Shown here piece by piece: positions 29,733 through 40,092 of a stretch of DNA of 64,000 nt (position 1 is its first letter; each line of letters begins with the position of its first letter). Source of the DNA: Fimbriimonadales bacterium. Its GTDB lineage: Bacteria; Armatimonadota; Fimbriimonadia; Fimbriimonadales; ATM1. The DNA is taken from positions 50,309 to 114,308 of the forward strand of contig JBGTLG010000032.1 in NCBI GenBank assembly GCA_041744215.1. The letters are read 5' to 3'. The notes beneath the pieces are model-generated. The model made no database searches and had not been told where the DNA came from. It worked only from the letters and a program-made list of their open reading frames with translations. Position numbers and translations under genes: made by a program.

Positions 29733-32006
29733 TCAGTCTCGTACGGTCCAGAGGACGTGATCGATCCGGGATTGCCACCCGAACGAGAACAGCGTCCCTG
29801 GATCGTAGTAGGAGATCCGAGCATCGACTCTGCCGGTAACCGCCTGCACGAAGCGGTTCGGATTGCCGGAAGGTGTGACCTCGACAACCAAATCGGTTGC
29901 AGACGTCGACCGACTATCGACAATCTCCCAGGTGTTGGTCAAGTGGTTGTACAGCTCAATCTGCTGCATCACGCTGCTCGCTGGCGAGGCGGTGACAGAA
30001 GCCTCGAGCCGAAACTTCAGCTCAGAGAGCGTGAACGTCGGCACCGCCGACTGGAAGCCGACTCGCACTGACGGCAGGCCCAGGCCAACTGGCGGAACTT
30101 CTCGCACTCTGAAGTAGAGGTCGTCGCTTGCCGCAAGTTCAGCAAGGCCGCCACCGAGATGGACGCCCGTGATTATCGAGAAATGGGTCGGAGTGGAGTT
30201 TGCCACCTGACCGCTCAGCGCTGCCATTCCGAACCCGGAGCCGAATAAGCCCCCAGTTCCGCCGACGAGGGTCGCCGCTCCAGTGGTCGGGTTGATGCGA
30301 TACGCGCTCTGGTTGCCCGCGTTGATCGTATAGAGCATCCCATCGGCGGAGTTGAACGCGAGTCCGTTGCAATCTGCACCCCCAAGCCCGAGGCCGCCGA
30401 CGAGGGTGTGCGCCCCGGTCGTAGTGTTGATGCGGATCAGCTTCGTTCCGCCCGCGTCATCCAGCCCGTAGAGAACGTTGTTGACGGCATCATAGTCGAT
30501 GCCCCCAACAGTGCCCCCCTGAGGGCCGCCGATGGTCGTCGCAACCAAAGTCACGGTATTGATCCGATACAGCTGACCGTCGCTCTGCCGAATGCCGTAC
30601 AGGGTCGCGCTACCGGGGTCGAAGGCAAGCCCATTGATCAGAGTGGTGCCAGAGACGATCCCGAGATCAGCGACGGCCGAAGTGGTCGCGTTGATCGTAA
30701 AGAGGCGTCTGGTCGTGTCTATCGCGTAGAAGTTTCCCGACGTCGAGTCATACGCCAGCCCCTGGATCCCGGCGCCGACCTGAGCGACTTTCCCAAATGC
30801 ACCATTCGTGGCAGCGACCGTCCCGAAATTGTTTGCGAAGTCCCCTGCGGCGAACACGGGAGGCGCAATTGCTGCCATCCCCGATCTGCACACGCGCAGC
30901 GGGTTAGCGAGCGCGTTTTGCCACCCTGCGTGGTGGATCGCGGTTCCAGCGTTGGAGCCTCCGGTACTTGTGCAGCCGCCATGAGTGTGCACACCAATCG
31001 CTAGCCCCGTGCTTTCGTCGATCACTGGGGAGCCTGAGTTGCCGCCAGTAGTGTCGGTTCGGTACCTGACAGTCGTCCCGGACATCGAGGTGTAAGGTCC
31101 TGCGTGCGTCTTCTGGACCTGATTCCACGTTGGTGAGACAGGTGAACTGACGGTTCCGTAGCCCGTGATTCGAATAAGCTGGCCACTCGGAGCAGGAGCG
31201 CTCGCGGCAAGAATATAAGTCGATCCTTGAACTTGGAACGGCTGGAGGAAGGTGTTTGAATTCGGGTTTACACCGAAGTAGGACCAGTCCAGGCCAACAC
31301 CACCGCTCTGCCGCTGAACGGACGTCAGGTCAACCACATACTGGTCGGACGGCGGTGGGTGGTTGAGCGAGCCGTTGCTGTTTGACAGAGGAACGTTAAA
31401 CTGCACAACGCTACCGCTCTGCGTTGGCCCGCAGTGGCCCGCAGTCGCAAACTGGCGGTTGAGGTCGTTGATCATCCATGCGCTGCAGCCAACAGGGAGA
31501 AGCCGAGCAGAACGCGGGTCGTTCGAAAGTGTGCGGAGGTCTGTGCCGTCACAGATGCTGTCGACGCCCTCACCAAGCTCGCCTGCCGTAACCGTAGTCA
31601 TTCGGATTCGGTTGGGCCCAGTGTCTGGGTAGGCGATTAGCTCAACACGCACCGAGTCTCCGTTGAAGTATGCGGAGGTGTTCGCCCATTCGAACACGTG
31701 CCTTGAGTTCAGGCGTTGGACGGCCGCATCGCGCATAGACGTGAGTCGAAGATACGAAGCGTTATCCGCCGATGGATCGCCAGCCAGTGTGACGTTCGCG
31801 AACTGAAGCCGGAGCCACGGTGCACGAGGCACCCGGACGGTCGTCGTGAACACGACCGCGGGACCACTGCCCTTGTTGGTAACAAAGCCGGAGTCGACGT
31901 TGATGGATACATCGCGGCTCGGCAGTTCGGCGGTTTGGCCGAATGCGCCGCTCACAGCCCCAAGCGCGAAAATCGCCAGGACTGATCGCAAAGATCGAAA
32001 TCGCAT
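29733..32006 (-). CDS. Secreted trypsin-like (S1) serine protease + beta-propeller + conserved C-terminal domain
   Basis: Signal peptide; ATAGHC, GLDW, GGNSGSP catalytic motifs; GLA(Y/F)D...LY.I repeats; C-terminus aligns with that of 3634..5253. Confidence 0.88.
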   Translation of the reverse strand: MRFRSLRSVLAIFALGAVSGAFGQTAELPSRDVSINVDSGFVTNKGSGPAVVFTTTVRVPRAPWLRLQFANVTLAGDPSADNASYLRLTSMRDAAVQRLNSRHVFEWANTSAYFNGDSVRVELIAYPDTGPNRIRMTTVTAGELGEGVDSICDGTDLRTLSNDPRSARLLPVGCSAWMINDLNRQFATAGHCGPTQSGSVVQFNVPLSNSNGSLNHPPPSDQYVVDLTSVQRQSGGVGLDWSYFGVNPNSNTFLQPFQVQGSTYILAASAPAPSGQLIRITGYGTVSSPVSPTWNQVQKTHAGPYTSMSGTTVRYRTDTTGGNSGSPVIDESTGLAIGVHTHGGCTSTGGSNAGTAIHHAGWQNALANPLRVCRSGMAAIAPPVFAAGDFANNFGTVAATNGAFGKVAQVGAGIQGLAYDSTSGNFYAIDTTRRLFTINATTSAVADLGIVSGTTLINGLAFDPGSATLYGIRQSDGQLYRINTVTLVATTIGGPQGGTVGGIDYDAVNNVLYGLDDAGGTKLIRINTTTGAHTLVGGLGLGGADCNGLAFNSADGMLYTINAGNQSAYRINPTTGAATLVGGTGGLFGSGFGMAALSGQVANSTPTHFSIITGVHLGGGLAELAASDDLYFRVREVPPVGLGLPSVRVGFQSAVPTFTLSELKFRLEASVTASPASSVMQQIELYNHLTNTWEIVDSRSTSATDLVVEVTPSGNPNRFVQAVTGRVDARISYYDPGTLFSFGWQSRIDHVLWTVRD

Positions 32007-32137
32007 AGTTGCCCTCCTTAGAGATCTGAATCTGATGCCCGGTTATCGTGACCGCTTTCTGAAGGCAGAAAGTTCAGCATTCTGTGAACTTGACAGGTGC
32101 CGACTTCCGACTCATGTGCCACGATTCAACATTCAAT

Positions 32138-33157
32138 ATGACCGATTCGCGCCCCAATCGAGTAACGCTGGGCCTTGAAGAGGAGGTTTTTGTCATCGAA
32201 CAAGATCGATTGACGCCAACGCTCCAGTCTCTCGACTACCTGCGAAAACTCTATTGGAAGAACCCGAAACGATACTCGAGGCACACCGCCAGCAATTTTG
32301 CCAGGGGCAAGGATCGACGCGAGTGCTTCATGGGATCGATCGAGATCGCCACTGCAATCCATGAATCAGCGGAGTCTCTGATCGAAGACCTGGTCTCACG
32401 CCGCACAGAGTTCGCTGATGCAACGCAGGGCGGGATTGTAGTTCCTGTCGGTTCGCTGTTCACGCTGAACTCACCCTCTAACACTGCATCTTCGCACCTC
32501 CACATCGGTGTCAAGAAAGCGCACCGCGACCGCGTTTACGCGAACCTCGCATATTTCACTCCTGTTCTTGCAGTCGCGAGTGCGAGCAGCCCGTGGTTAG
32601 AGGGGCAAACATTCGGTTCGAGCGCAAGAATGGCGCAGAAGAGTTTGCTCGGTCCGTTGCGCGAAGATCGCGAGTACCGGTTTCAAGATGTGATCGTAAG
32701 CAAACGCCTTGGAACAATCGAGCTGCGGATACTCGATCCGATTGCGGAGATTTGGAGATTGCGCGAAGTCCTCGCAGCAGCGATCGCCATCGCTTCATAC
32801 GATGGCGAGCTCCCCTTTGATCGAGACGAATACAATCGGGAGCGAGAAGCGTGGGCGGTGCACGGTTGCAACGCGTTCGTGCAATCTCGATGGCAACAGA
32901 TGCAGGCAATCTATCCCATGAGGCTAGAGTTGATTACCGAAACTTTCAGCATGCACTTGGATCGGGTAGCGCGATCTGGTGGCGTTGATGCAGCGTATCG
33001 CGAAGCGGATCGAGTCTGGCGCGAGCCTACTGGCGTCACGCTGACGGCCAAGCGCCACAACAGGTTGCGAGCGGTCACGGGTCTCGCAGGTTTCTATGCA
33101 ATCCGGCTTCCCTACATGGCTTACAAGGGATACAAAGAATGGTATGGGAAGCCGTAG
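32138..33157 (+). CDS. Glutamate--cysteine ligase family 2 (YbdK-like carboxylate-amine ligase), divergent
   Basis: TLGLEEE, IEIAT, HLHIG, ASASSPW, GTIELRILD. Confidence 0.75.
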   Translation: MTDSRPNRVTLGLEEEVFVIEQDRLTPTLQSLDYLRKLYWKNPKRYSRHTASNFARGKDRRECFMGSIEIATAIHESAESLIEDLVSRRTEFADATQGGIVVPVGSLFTLNSPSNTASSHLHIGVKKAHRDRVYANLAYFTPVLAVASASSPWLEGQTFGSSARMAQKSLLGPLREDREYRFQDVIVSKRLGTIELRILDPIAEIWRLREVLAAAIAIASYDGELPFDRDEYNREREAWAVHGCNAFVQSRWQQMQAIYPMRLELITETFSMHLDRVARSGGVDAAYREADRVWREPTGVTLTAKRHNRLRAVTGLAGFYAIRLPYMAYKGYKEWYGKP

Positions 33158-33212
33158 CGGGCTTAAAGGTCAGATAAAGGAGTTCGATGCTCAGGCATCG
33201 AACGTGAGTGCG

Positions 33213-34802
33213 ATGTTCTTAGCCAGCCGCTTATCGTGCCTCTTGTTCCTCATTGGATTGTTCGCCATCGCCGGAGCACAGTCCCTGCGCCCTGCGCCAG
33301 ATAGACGCGCAGATGAAGGTCACGGCCCACACCGAACGATGGTGATTCGTGGCGCGATGCTGATCGACGGTACTGGCGCGCCACCGAACGGCCCGGTAGA
33401 CATTGTCATTGAGGGAAACAAGATCGCCTCTATACGCAGCGCAGGAACGCCCGGACTGCCATTGCGCCAAAATCGACCGCCACAAAATGCCGACTACGAA
33501 ATCGACGCGACAGGAATGTACGTACTTCCAGGCTTCGTCGATATGCACGTTCACGCCGGCGGCGCACCAAAGAACGCGGACGCGGAGTACGCATACAAAC
33601 TCTGGATGGCTCACGGCATCACCACGGTTCGAGGTGTCGCGCTTGCGGGTCATGATTTCTCTGTTCGCGAGAAGGAACGCAGCGCGAAAAACGAGATTGT
33701 CGCTCCGCGAATCTACAATTATCAGAGACCTGGCAGCGGGTGGACCGAAGGCGGAGTCGACTCGCCTGAAAAGGCGCGCAGATGGGTGCAATGGGCAGCG
33801 ACGAACGGCGTTGACGGATTGAAACTGGGCTCACACGATCCGGACATCATGGCTGCGCTATTGGACGAAGCGAAGAAACAGAAGATGGGATCGACCGCGC
33901 ACTTAGGGCAGATGGGTGTCGCACACATGAACGCAATCGATGCTGCGCGATTGGGCTTAGGGACCGTGACGCACTTTTACGGCCACTTCGAATCACTATT
34001 GAAAGACTTTGTCGTGCAACCCTGGCCAGTTGAAATGAACTATAGCGACGAGCAGTGGCGCTTCGCGCAAGTTGCGAGACTGTGGGACAAGATTCACGAG
34101 CCAGGGAGCGATGAGTGGAAAGCGTACTTGCGTGAGCATCTCGAACTCGGAACCGTTTTTGACCCAACAATGACGATCTATTCCGCAGGGCGCGACGTCA
34201 TGCGAATGCGAAATGCTGACTGGCATGACACATACACGCTTCCCTCCCTGATGGAGTTCTTTGAGCCGAGCAGGAGTGCGCACGGCTCATACTGGTTCGA
34301 TTGGACAACGCACGATGAAATCGCATGGCGCAACTTCTATCAAGTTTGGTTCAAGCTGCTAAACGATTACAAGAAGATGGGTGGTCGAGTCACAACAGGA
34401 TCGGATTCCGGATTCATCTACCAAACTTACGGCTTCGGATACGTCTTGGAACTGGAGATGCTGCAAGAGGCCGGCTTTCATCCTCTGGAAGTGATCCAGT
34501 GCGCGACGATGAACGGCGCATTGACGTTGCATGAACCTTCGGGGGCGCCGCTCTCGTTCGGTATCGTTCGCACCGGGATGCTCGCAGACTTAGTAATCGT
34601 GGATGAAAATCCGCTCGCGAATTTTAAGGTGCTGTATGGCACAGGCCACGTGCGACTCGACGAAGCTGGGCGACCGCAGCGAGTTGGTGGCGTGAAGTGG
34701 ACGGTCAAGGACGGCATCGCTTACGACGCGAGAAAGCTGCTGGCGGACGTTGCAGCGATGGTCGAGAAACAGAAAGCGGAAAAAACGTCCACCGGAAGCT
34801 GA
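33213..34802 (+). CDS. Secreted amidohydrolase family protein
   Basis: IRGA.LIDGTG, PGFVDMHVH, TGSDSG, ADL.IVD.NPL. Confidence 0.88.
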   Translation: MFLASRLSCLLFLIGLFAIAGAQSLRPAPDRRADEGHGPHRTMVIRGAMLIDGTGAPPNGPVDIVIEGNKIASIRSAGTPGLPLRQNRPPQNADYEIDATGMYVLPGFVDMHVHAGGAPKNADAEYAYKLWMAHGITTVRGVALAGHDFSVREKERSAKNEIVAPRIYNYQRPGSGWTEGGVDSPEKARRWVQWAATNGVDGLKLGSHDPDIMAALLDEAKKQKMGSTAHLGQMGVAHMNAIDAARLGLGTVTHFYGHFESLLKDFVVQPWPVEMNYSDEQWRFAQVARLWDKIHEPGSDEWKAYLREHLELGTVFDPTMTIYSAGRDVMRMRNADWHDTYTLPSLMEFFEPSRSAHGSYWFDWTTHDEIAWRNFYQVWFKLLNDYKKMGGRVTTGSDSGFIYQTYGFGYVLELEMLQEAGFHPLEVIQCATMNGALTLHEPSGAPLSFGIVRTGMLADLVIVDENPLANFKVLYGTGHVRLDEAGRPQRVGGVKWTVKDGIAYDARKLLADVAAMVEKQKAEKTSTGS

Positions 34803-34860
34803 AGATGATGAGGGCGCCTTCGCTATCCACGAAACTTTTCTAAGCAGAGATTGAGCGCGA

Positions 34861-35292
34861 TTACTCGTTCTCTGTGACTCTCTTTTTCCGCCACTCGCGA
34901 AACTCTTTTTGGAAAGCTTCGCTTCTCGTGTTCAGCACCCCGAGCGTATGAAAGAAAACTCCGACACCCCACCCAATTGTCGGCCAATAGAACCAACTCA
35001 GCCGCCCGTCCCGGCTATCGAGAAACAAGAAAATAGCGCTCACAACGAGATAGGTGATCAGGTTAGCAAGCCAGCCAGCGCGCTGTTGGCCGACAAACTC
35101 AAGGAAATGGACTCGGTCCTCCCTCTCCTTTATCCACTGCTCTTCCGCTTGAGCAAGCGCCTCGTCAGAGATGCCGAGTTCCCTCGCGGCATCTACCATC
35201 GCCTGGCGATCAAGCGACTTGTGCGTCGCATCTATGGCGAGTGCGCGCCGTAGGATTTCCTCCTGGTCTCCCTCTTCAAACCGTTGCTGCAC
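34861..35292 (-). CDS. 2TM domain membrane protein
   Basis: EEILRRAL...A.ELGI; TYLVV...WFYWP..GWG.G..H 2TM motif; GTG start inferred. Confidence 0.75.
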   Translation of the reverse strand: MQQRFEEGDQEEILRRALAIDATHKSLDRQAMVDAARELGISDEALAQAEEQWIKEREDRVHFLEFVGQQRAGWLANLITYLVVSAIFLFLDSRDGRLSWFYWPTIGWGVGVFFHTLGVLNTRSEAFQKEFREWRKKRVTENE

Positions 35293-35362
35293 GACCCAGA
35301 ATATACGCGATCGCCGCTTTGCGCGTTTCGGCAATCCTGCCCACGGGCTAAAATGACTGTGC

Positions 35363-36106
35363 ATGCTTATCGCCGCTTGCGCCCTTGCTGCCGTCATTTT
35401 GCTCGCTGTCGGCTTCGTGTGGTACACGCGGAAAGTGTGGTTCTTTCGCGATCCTGACCACACGCAAACCCTACAGGACGACACAGTCATACGAAGCCCG
35501 GTCTACGGGATCGTCTCCTACATTCGCAAAATCAAGGGCGGCGAAGTCGAATGCGCGAAGAAAGGCGAAACTATTCGGATTGAAGAGATTACCAAAGACG
35601 ATTGGCCGGAGGGAGAGGCGGACGGATGGCTGATAGGCATAGCCATGACAGCGCTCGACGTCCACTACCAATACTCCCCGGTGGCCTCGAAGATCGGAAG
35701 GTTTTTCCATCTCGCCACCGGCCGCAATCTCCCTATGTTCGATCTGTGGGAGTACGTGCGGATCACGTGGCTTCGCAAAGGGATTCAGCTCTTCGCCCGA
35801 AAGTACGTCCTCGAGAACGAACGCCAGACGATGTGGCTGCACGGCAAAAGGGTGAAACTCGCTTTAGTGCTCATTGCAGATAAATTCGTTGACAAAATCA
35901 CCACCTTCGTCAAGGAGGGCGAGCAGGTACCCGCTGGCGGAAAGCTAAGCTTCATCGGGCGCGGGAGCCAAGTCGATGTGGTCATCTGCGGGAACTCCGA
36001 TCTGGCTGTAAAAGTTGCTGAGGGCGAGCCGGTCAAGGGACCTCTGACCGTTTTGGCTGTTTTAGCACCTGCCGCCGTCCCAACCGCGCCCATAGAAGGC
36101 GTATAG
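35363..36106 (+). CDS. psd: Phosphatidylserine decarboxylase family proenzyme
   Basis: FFRDP, SPVYG, DVH.Q.SP, ENER, GSQVD self-cleavage site. Confidence 0.8.
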   Translation: MLIAACALAAVILLAVGFVWYTRKVWFFRDPDHTQTLQDDTVIRSPVYGIVSYIRKIKGGEVECAKKGETIRIEEITKDDWPEGEADGWLIGIAMTALDVHYQYSPVASKIGRFFHLATGRNLPMFDLWEYVRITWLRKGIQLFARKYVLENERQTMWLHGKRVKLALVLIADKFVDKITTFVKEGEQVPAGGKLSFIGRGSQVDVVICGNSDLAVKVAEGEPVKGPLTVLAVLAPAAVPTAPIEGV

Positions 36107-36131
36107 TTAACCGTTCTGGACTGGGCATCTG

Positions 36132-36908
36132 ATGAGACTCTTTCAAATCACCGCCTCGCTCGTTTTGCTCGCCGCTGTGGGTGGGGCCGGATCAGGCTGT
36201 AACAACACCAACCTCCTGAGCAAGAATGAGGAGATCCGGCTTGGCAGGGAGGGCGCCGCAGAGGTGGAGAAAGCCTATCAGGTCAGCACCAACCCGACCG
36301 ATGTCGAACTTATCGAGGGGATCGGACAGCGGCTGGTGACCGCCAACAACCTGACGGAGTGGCCTTACACGTTCAAGGTGCTCGAGAGCCGGGACGTTAA
36401 CGCTGTATCTCTCCCAGGGGGGCCGATCTACGTCTTTCGGGGCCTGCTAGACATGACGGAGGGCGATGTTGATGAATTGGCGGGTGTGATCGCTCACGAG
36501 ATTGCCCACGTGGAGCGGAGACACGTAGCCAAGGCATACTCCAAGAGCATCCTGGCTGACCTCTTGATCATCTTTGGAACCAGCGGGTCGGCCACCAGCG
36601 CGGCCGACATCGCAAATGTCTTCATTCAGTTGAGATTTAGCCGGGACGCTGAGTACGAATCCGACCGCCTCGGGATCCGGTATTCGTATAAGGCAGGCTA
36701 CGATCCCAACGGGCTGGTCAGGTTCTTCAAAAAACTTCGCCGGCTGGAAAAGCAGGGACGAGGAGACATTGTCTCGAACAATCTAAGGACTCACCCTCTG
36801 ACCGATGCCCGAATCGAAGCCGCCGAGCGAGAGATAGCAGCCACCGTGAAGCAAATCACCCGAATTGAAGAAGCCGCGCATTTGGCGGCCCTGAAGCGCC
36901 AAAAGTGA
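36132..36908 (+). CDS. M48 family metallopeptidase (lipoprotein)
   Basis: NA.SLPGG, ELAGVIAHEIAH, FSRDAEYESD, THP; GSGC lipobox. Confidence 0.9.
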   Translation: MRLFQITASLVLLAAVGGAGSGCNNTNLLSKNEEIRLGREGAAEVEKAYQVSTNPTDVELIEGIGQRLVTANNLTEWPYTFKVLESRDVNAVSLPGGPIYVFRGLLDMTEGDVDELAGVIAHEIAHVERRHVAKAYSKSILADLLIIFGTSGSATSAADIANVFIQLRFSRDAEYESDRLGIRYSYKAGYDPNGLVRFFKKLRRLEKQGRGDIVSNNLRTHPLTDARIEAAEREIAATVKQITRIEEAAHLAALKRQK

Positions 36909-37552
36909 AGATTGCCGCCGTCATACCCGCGTACAACGAAGAGCACCGGATTGCCTCCGTACTTGAGGCGGTCCTCAGAGCTGCGCTTCCAAATGAGATC
37001 ATCGTCGTCAACGACGGTTCCACGGATCGAACAGCGATGGTGGCTAGGCGGCACAAAGCGGTTCATGTCTTGGACCTCCCTCGGAACATGGGTAAAGGCG
37101 CAGCGATGGCCGCAGGAGTTCGCGCGACTGATGCCGACGTAATCGTTTTCATCGATGCGGACCTCGCAGGGCTGCGGCCGCATCACGTCGATGACATCGT
37201 ACGCCCGGTGATCAACGGGTGCGATATGTGCGTCGGCGTGTTTCGTCGAGGAAAGTTTTGGTCAGACGCGGCGCAAGTGATTGCTCCATACATCAGCGGA
37301 CAGCGAGCGATGCACCGCGATTTGATAGAGCAGATATCATGGCTCGACGAATGTCGGCTCGGCGCAGAAGTAACGATTAACACCGTTGCGCGAAAGCGTA
37401 AAATGCGCATACGAAGAGTAATCTTGAACGGAGTCACACACGCCACTAAGGAACGAAAGTTTGGCTTCGCCAAAGGTACTGCGCAAAGAGCAAAGATGTA
37501 CGCGGAGATTGGCAAGGCAATGGTGAAGACGCGCCGCAGGCTGTCAAAGTGA
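36905..37552 (+). CDS. Glycosyltransferase family 2
   Basis: IPAYNEE, VNDGSTD, N.GKG.A, FIDAD, SGQRA. Confidence 0.9.
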   Translation: MKIAAVIPAYNEEHRIASVLEAVLRAALPNEIIVVNDGSTDRTAMVARRHKAVHVLDLPRNMGKGAAMAAGVRATDADVIVFIDADLAGLRPHHVDDIVRPVINGCDMCVGVFRRGKFWSDAAQVIAPYISGQRAMHRDLIEQISWLDECRLGAEVTINTVARKRKMRIRRVILNGVTHATKERKFGFAKGTAQRAKMYAEIGKAMVKTRRRLSK

Positions 37553-38667
37553 GTCTGTTTCGCTTCGCGCTCCTGCCGCTTCTCCCATTGATCTGTTCTT
37601 GCAGCGCTGAAGAGCAGCAGTTAGTTCTGACGGCAGAACCACATCCTCTCGCTAAGAATGTTCTGCTCGTTTACAACTCGCGCGATCCAGACGCTATCGA
37701 CATAGTGCGCACTTACCAGCAGGCACGAGGCGTCCCAAACACAAACGTTGTCGAAGTATCGGTGCCTGCAGAGGAAAACATCGGCTGGAAAGAGTATGAG
37801 ACGACAATCCGCGACGTGATTCTAGACCGAATCGTCAACCAGAAGCTCAAGATCAACTTCATCGTGTTGACGAAAGGTGTGCCGCTCAGACTAAACAACA
37901 ACGGCGGATACGGTCTTGATTCGATGCTGGCAGTTGACGCGCATCCGAGTCGTCAAGAAAAGCCGCTCGATCCTATGCCGATGAGCAACTTCACGCAACA
38001 GGATTTTGAGCGCGTGCGCAATCCTTACTTCGGCAAAGACGAGCCATTCGACAGCGATAAGTACGGCTTCTACCTGGTCACGCGCCTCGACGGCTACACG
38101 AAATCAGATGTGCTGGCACTCATTTCCCGTGCGCTGCGCGCGAAGCCGGAGCAGGGAGAGTTCTTACTCGACGCCTCGCCCGAAAAAACCTCCGGCGGAT
38201 TCGCAGTAGCCCACCAATCGCTCGTCAAGGCCCGAACGGCCCTGACGAAGAAAAGCTTCGAAGTCTCCTTCGACGAAACCGCGAGCTTCGTCGGCGGCAG
38301 GGTTGGCCTTATGGGCTACGCAAGCTGGGGCAGCAACGACTCCGCGTTCCGCGAGCACCTTTACCGGTCATTAGAGTTCAAGCCCGGAGCGCTGGCGGAA
38401 ACCTTCGTTTCGACAAGCGCGCGGACTTTTCGCCCCACGACCGGCGGCCAAAGCCTGATCGCCGACCTAATCAAGCAAGGGGTGACGGGGGTCAAGGGCT
38501 ACGCCAGCGAGCCATACACGATCGCGCTGGCTCACGTGGACATCCTCTTCGACCGGTACACGTCGGGCAGGAACCTGGCCGAGAGCTTCTACGCCGCATC
38601 CCCGATGCTGAAATGGAAGGACGTTGTGATCGGAGACCCGCTTTGCTCTCCGTACGCAAACAAGTAA
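37549..38667 (+). CDS. TIGR03790-like protein (lipoprotein)
   Basis: VLLVYN..D, YQ.AR.VP..N, LTKGVP, YLVTRLDG, S.SART, G.TG..GY..EPY, G.NLAESFY, VIGDPL..P. Confidence 0.8.
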   Translation: MSLFRFALLPLLPLICSCSAEEQQLVLTAEPHPLAKNVLLVYNSRDPDAIDIVRTYQQARGVPNTNVVEVSVPAEENIGWKEYETTIRDVILDRIVNQKLKINFIVLTKGVPLRLNNNGGYGLDSMLAVDAHPSRQEKPLDPMPMSNFTQQDFERVRNPYFGKDEPFDSDKYGFYLVTRLDGYTKSDVLALISRALRAKPEQGEFLLDASPEKTSGGFAVAHQSLVKARTALTKKSFEVSFDETASFVGGRVGLMGYASWGSNDSAFREHLYRSLEFKPGALAETFVSTSARTFRPTTGGQSLIADLIKQGVTGVKGYASEPYTIALAHVDILFDRYTSGRNLAESFYAASPMLKWKDVVIGDPLCSPYANK

Positions 38668-38733
38668 AGACCGGCCATTCCCGCGCCGAGAATCTAAGTT
38701 AGCCGACAACGGTCGGGAGGGAGACCCAGAATC

Positions 38734-40080
38734 ATGCCAGGTAGCTTTCTGAGGCTTGGGGAACTGCTTGTTGCTCGACAGGTTATCAGCAACTTGCAGC
38801 TTTCTGTCGCCTTAGCCGCACAAAGATCCTCCAAAAGGCGGCTTGGGGAGATCCTCGTCGATAGGGGATATGCAACGGAGGAACAGATCGCAGCGTGTTT
38901 AGCCGCGCAGTACGGGTACGAGGTGGTTGATCCCGCTACTGTCCAGCCCGAGCAGGACGCCCTAAATCTGGTGGAGCCTGAACTCGCACTGACCGCAGAA
39001 TTGTTGCCCATCAAACGCGTCGGAGCAACGCTTGAGTGCCTAATCTCTGATCCCATTGACATTAGTTGGACCGATCGCATTGCCCGAGTCACCGGGCTAA
39101 GACTCGTACTCTCGATCGCGCCACACTCAGCGCTGGTTTCAGCCATACGAACCTGGTATCGCCTCGATCCGGAAAAAACCATCGGAAGCGCGTCACGCGG
39201 CATCCCGCAATTGCCCGAGCGATACGGCTCTGTTCAAGCGCAGTTCTCAATCGACGGTGCAACACTCGTCAACGCTATCGACAAAGTCCTCGGCCGAGAG
39301 ATCAGTTTATTGTTCGTGCCCGAGATACCTGGCTCCGGTGAACACCATGCAGAAATGATTCGGTGGTCAGCGAGGGCGAGCGGGCCAGGATTGGCCGCAG
39401 TCCACGATTGGTGGGAAGCCGACGGCGGTGGTTGGGCAGTCATCGAGCGACTTAGCGGCGAGACACTCGAAAACGTTTTGATTACGAGAGGTCAGCGAGT
39501 GCCATCCCAAGCCGCCGACATCATCTCCGAAATCGCCGAGGGCGCGGACACCCTCGCGGTTGCCGGTGGCAAATGTGGGCTGATCTGCCCACAAAACACC
39601 GTCTTGCTTCACTCGAACCGCTGCGTGCTGGCGCCACTTTCCGCGCCGCCCCATTCATACAAAGCGCCAGAAATTCTTGCTGGCGATGAAGGCAGCAGCG
39701 CAAGCGACGTGTTTTCTCTGGGTGTGCTCCTATTTCATTCGGCAACCGGAACGAATCCGTTTGAGCATGAGACAGTCGCGGAAACGGAAGCTGCGATGAG
39801 AGAAGGACCATCATGGGATGTTTCGCCCCTTCCGTCCGCTATGGTCAACATCATCAGGCGATGCCTGAATCCTGACCCTCTCCACAGGTTCGTGTCGCCA
39901 CTGCAGCTAAGCCTCGCACTCAAGTCATGCGATTGGCCGAGCACGATGCACGTTCAGGCGCGACCGACAAGCGTGACCGCGGCAGACCGAGAAGCTCTGC
40001 TCGATGCGGTAACGAGCGGATACCAGTCGCCTGAAAAGCCAACGTTCTGGAACAGGCTGTTTGGCCGAAGAGCGGCGTAA
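38734..40080 (+). CDS. MshEN (T2SSE_N) domain fused to degenerate Ser/Thr kinase domain
   Basis: Tandem RLG(E)xLV...LxxQ motifs at N-terminus; kinase C-lobe YKAPE, SDVFSLG, TG.NPF; HRD and DFG absent. Confidence 0.8.
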   Translation: MPGSFLRLGELLVARQVISNLQLSVALAAQRSSKRRLGEILVDRGYATEEQIAACLAAQYGYEVVDPATVQPEQDALNLVEPELALTAELLPIKRVGATLECLISDPIDISWTDRIARVTGLRLVLSIAPHSALVSAIRTWYRLDPEKTIGSASRGIPQLPERYGSVQAQFSIDGATLVNAIDKVLGREISLLFVPEIPGSGEHHAEMIRWSARASGPGLAAVHDWWEADGGGWAVIERLSGETLENVLITRGQRVPSQAADIISEIAEGADTLAVAGGKCGLICPQNTVLLHSNRCVLAPLSAPPHSYKAPEILAGDEGSSASDVFSLGVLLFHSATGTNPFEHETVAETEAAMREGPSWDVSPLPSAMVNIIRRCLNPDPLHRFVSPLQLSLALKSCDWPSTMHVQARPTSVTAADREALLDAVTSGYQSPEKPTFWNRLFGRRAA

Positions 40081-40092
40081 GGAGCGAAAGGG

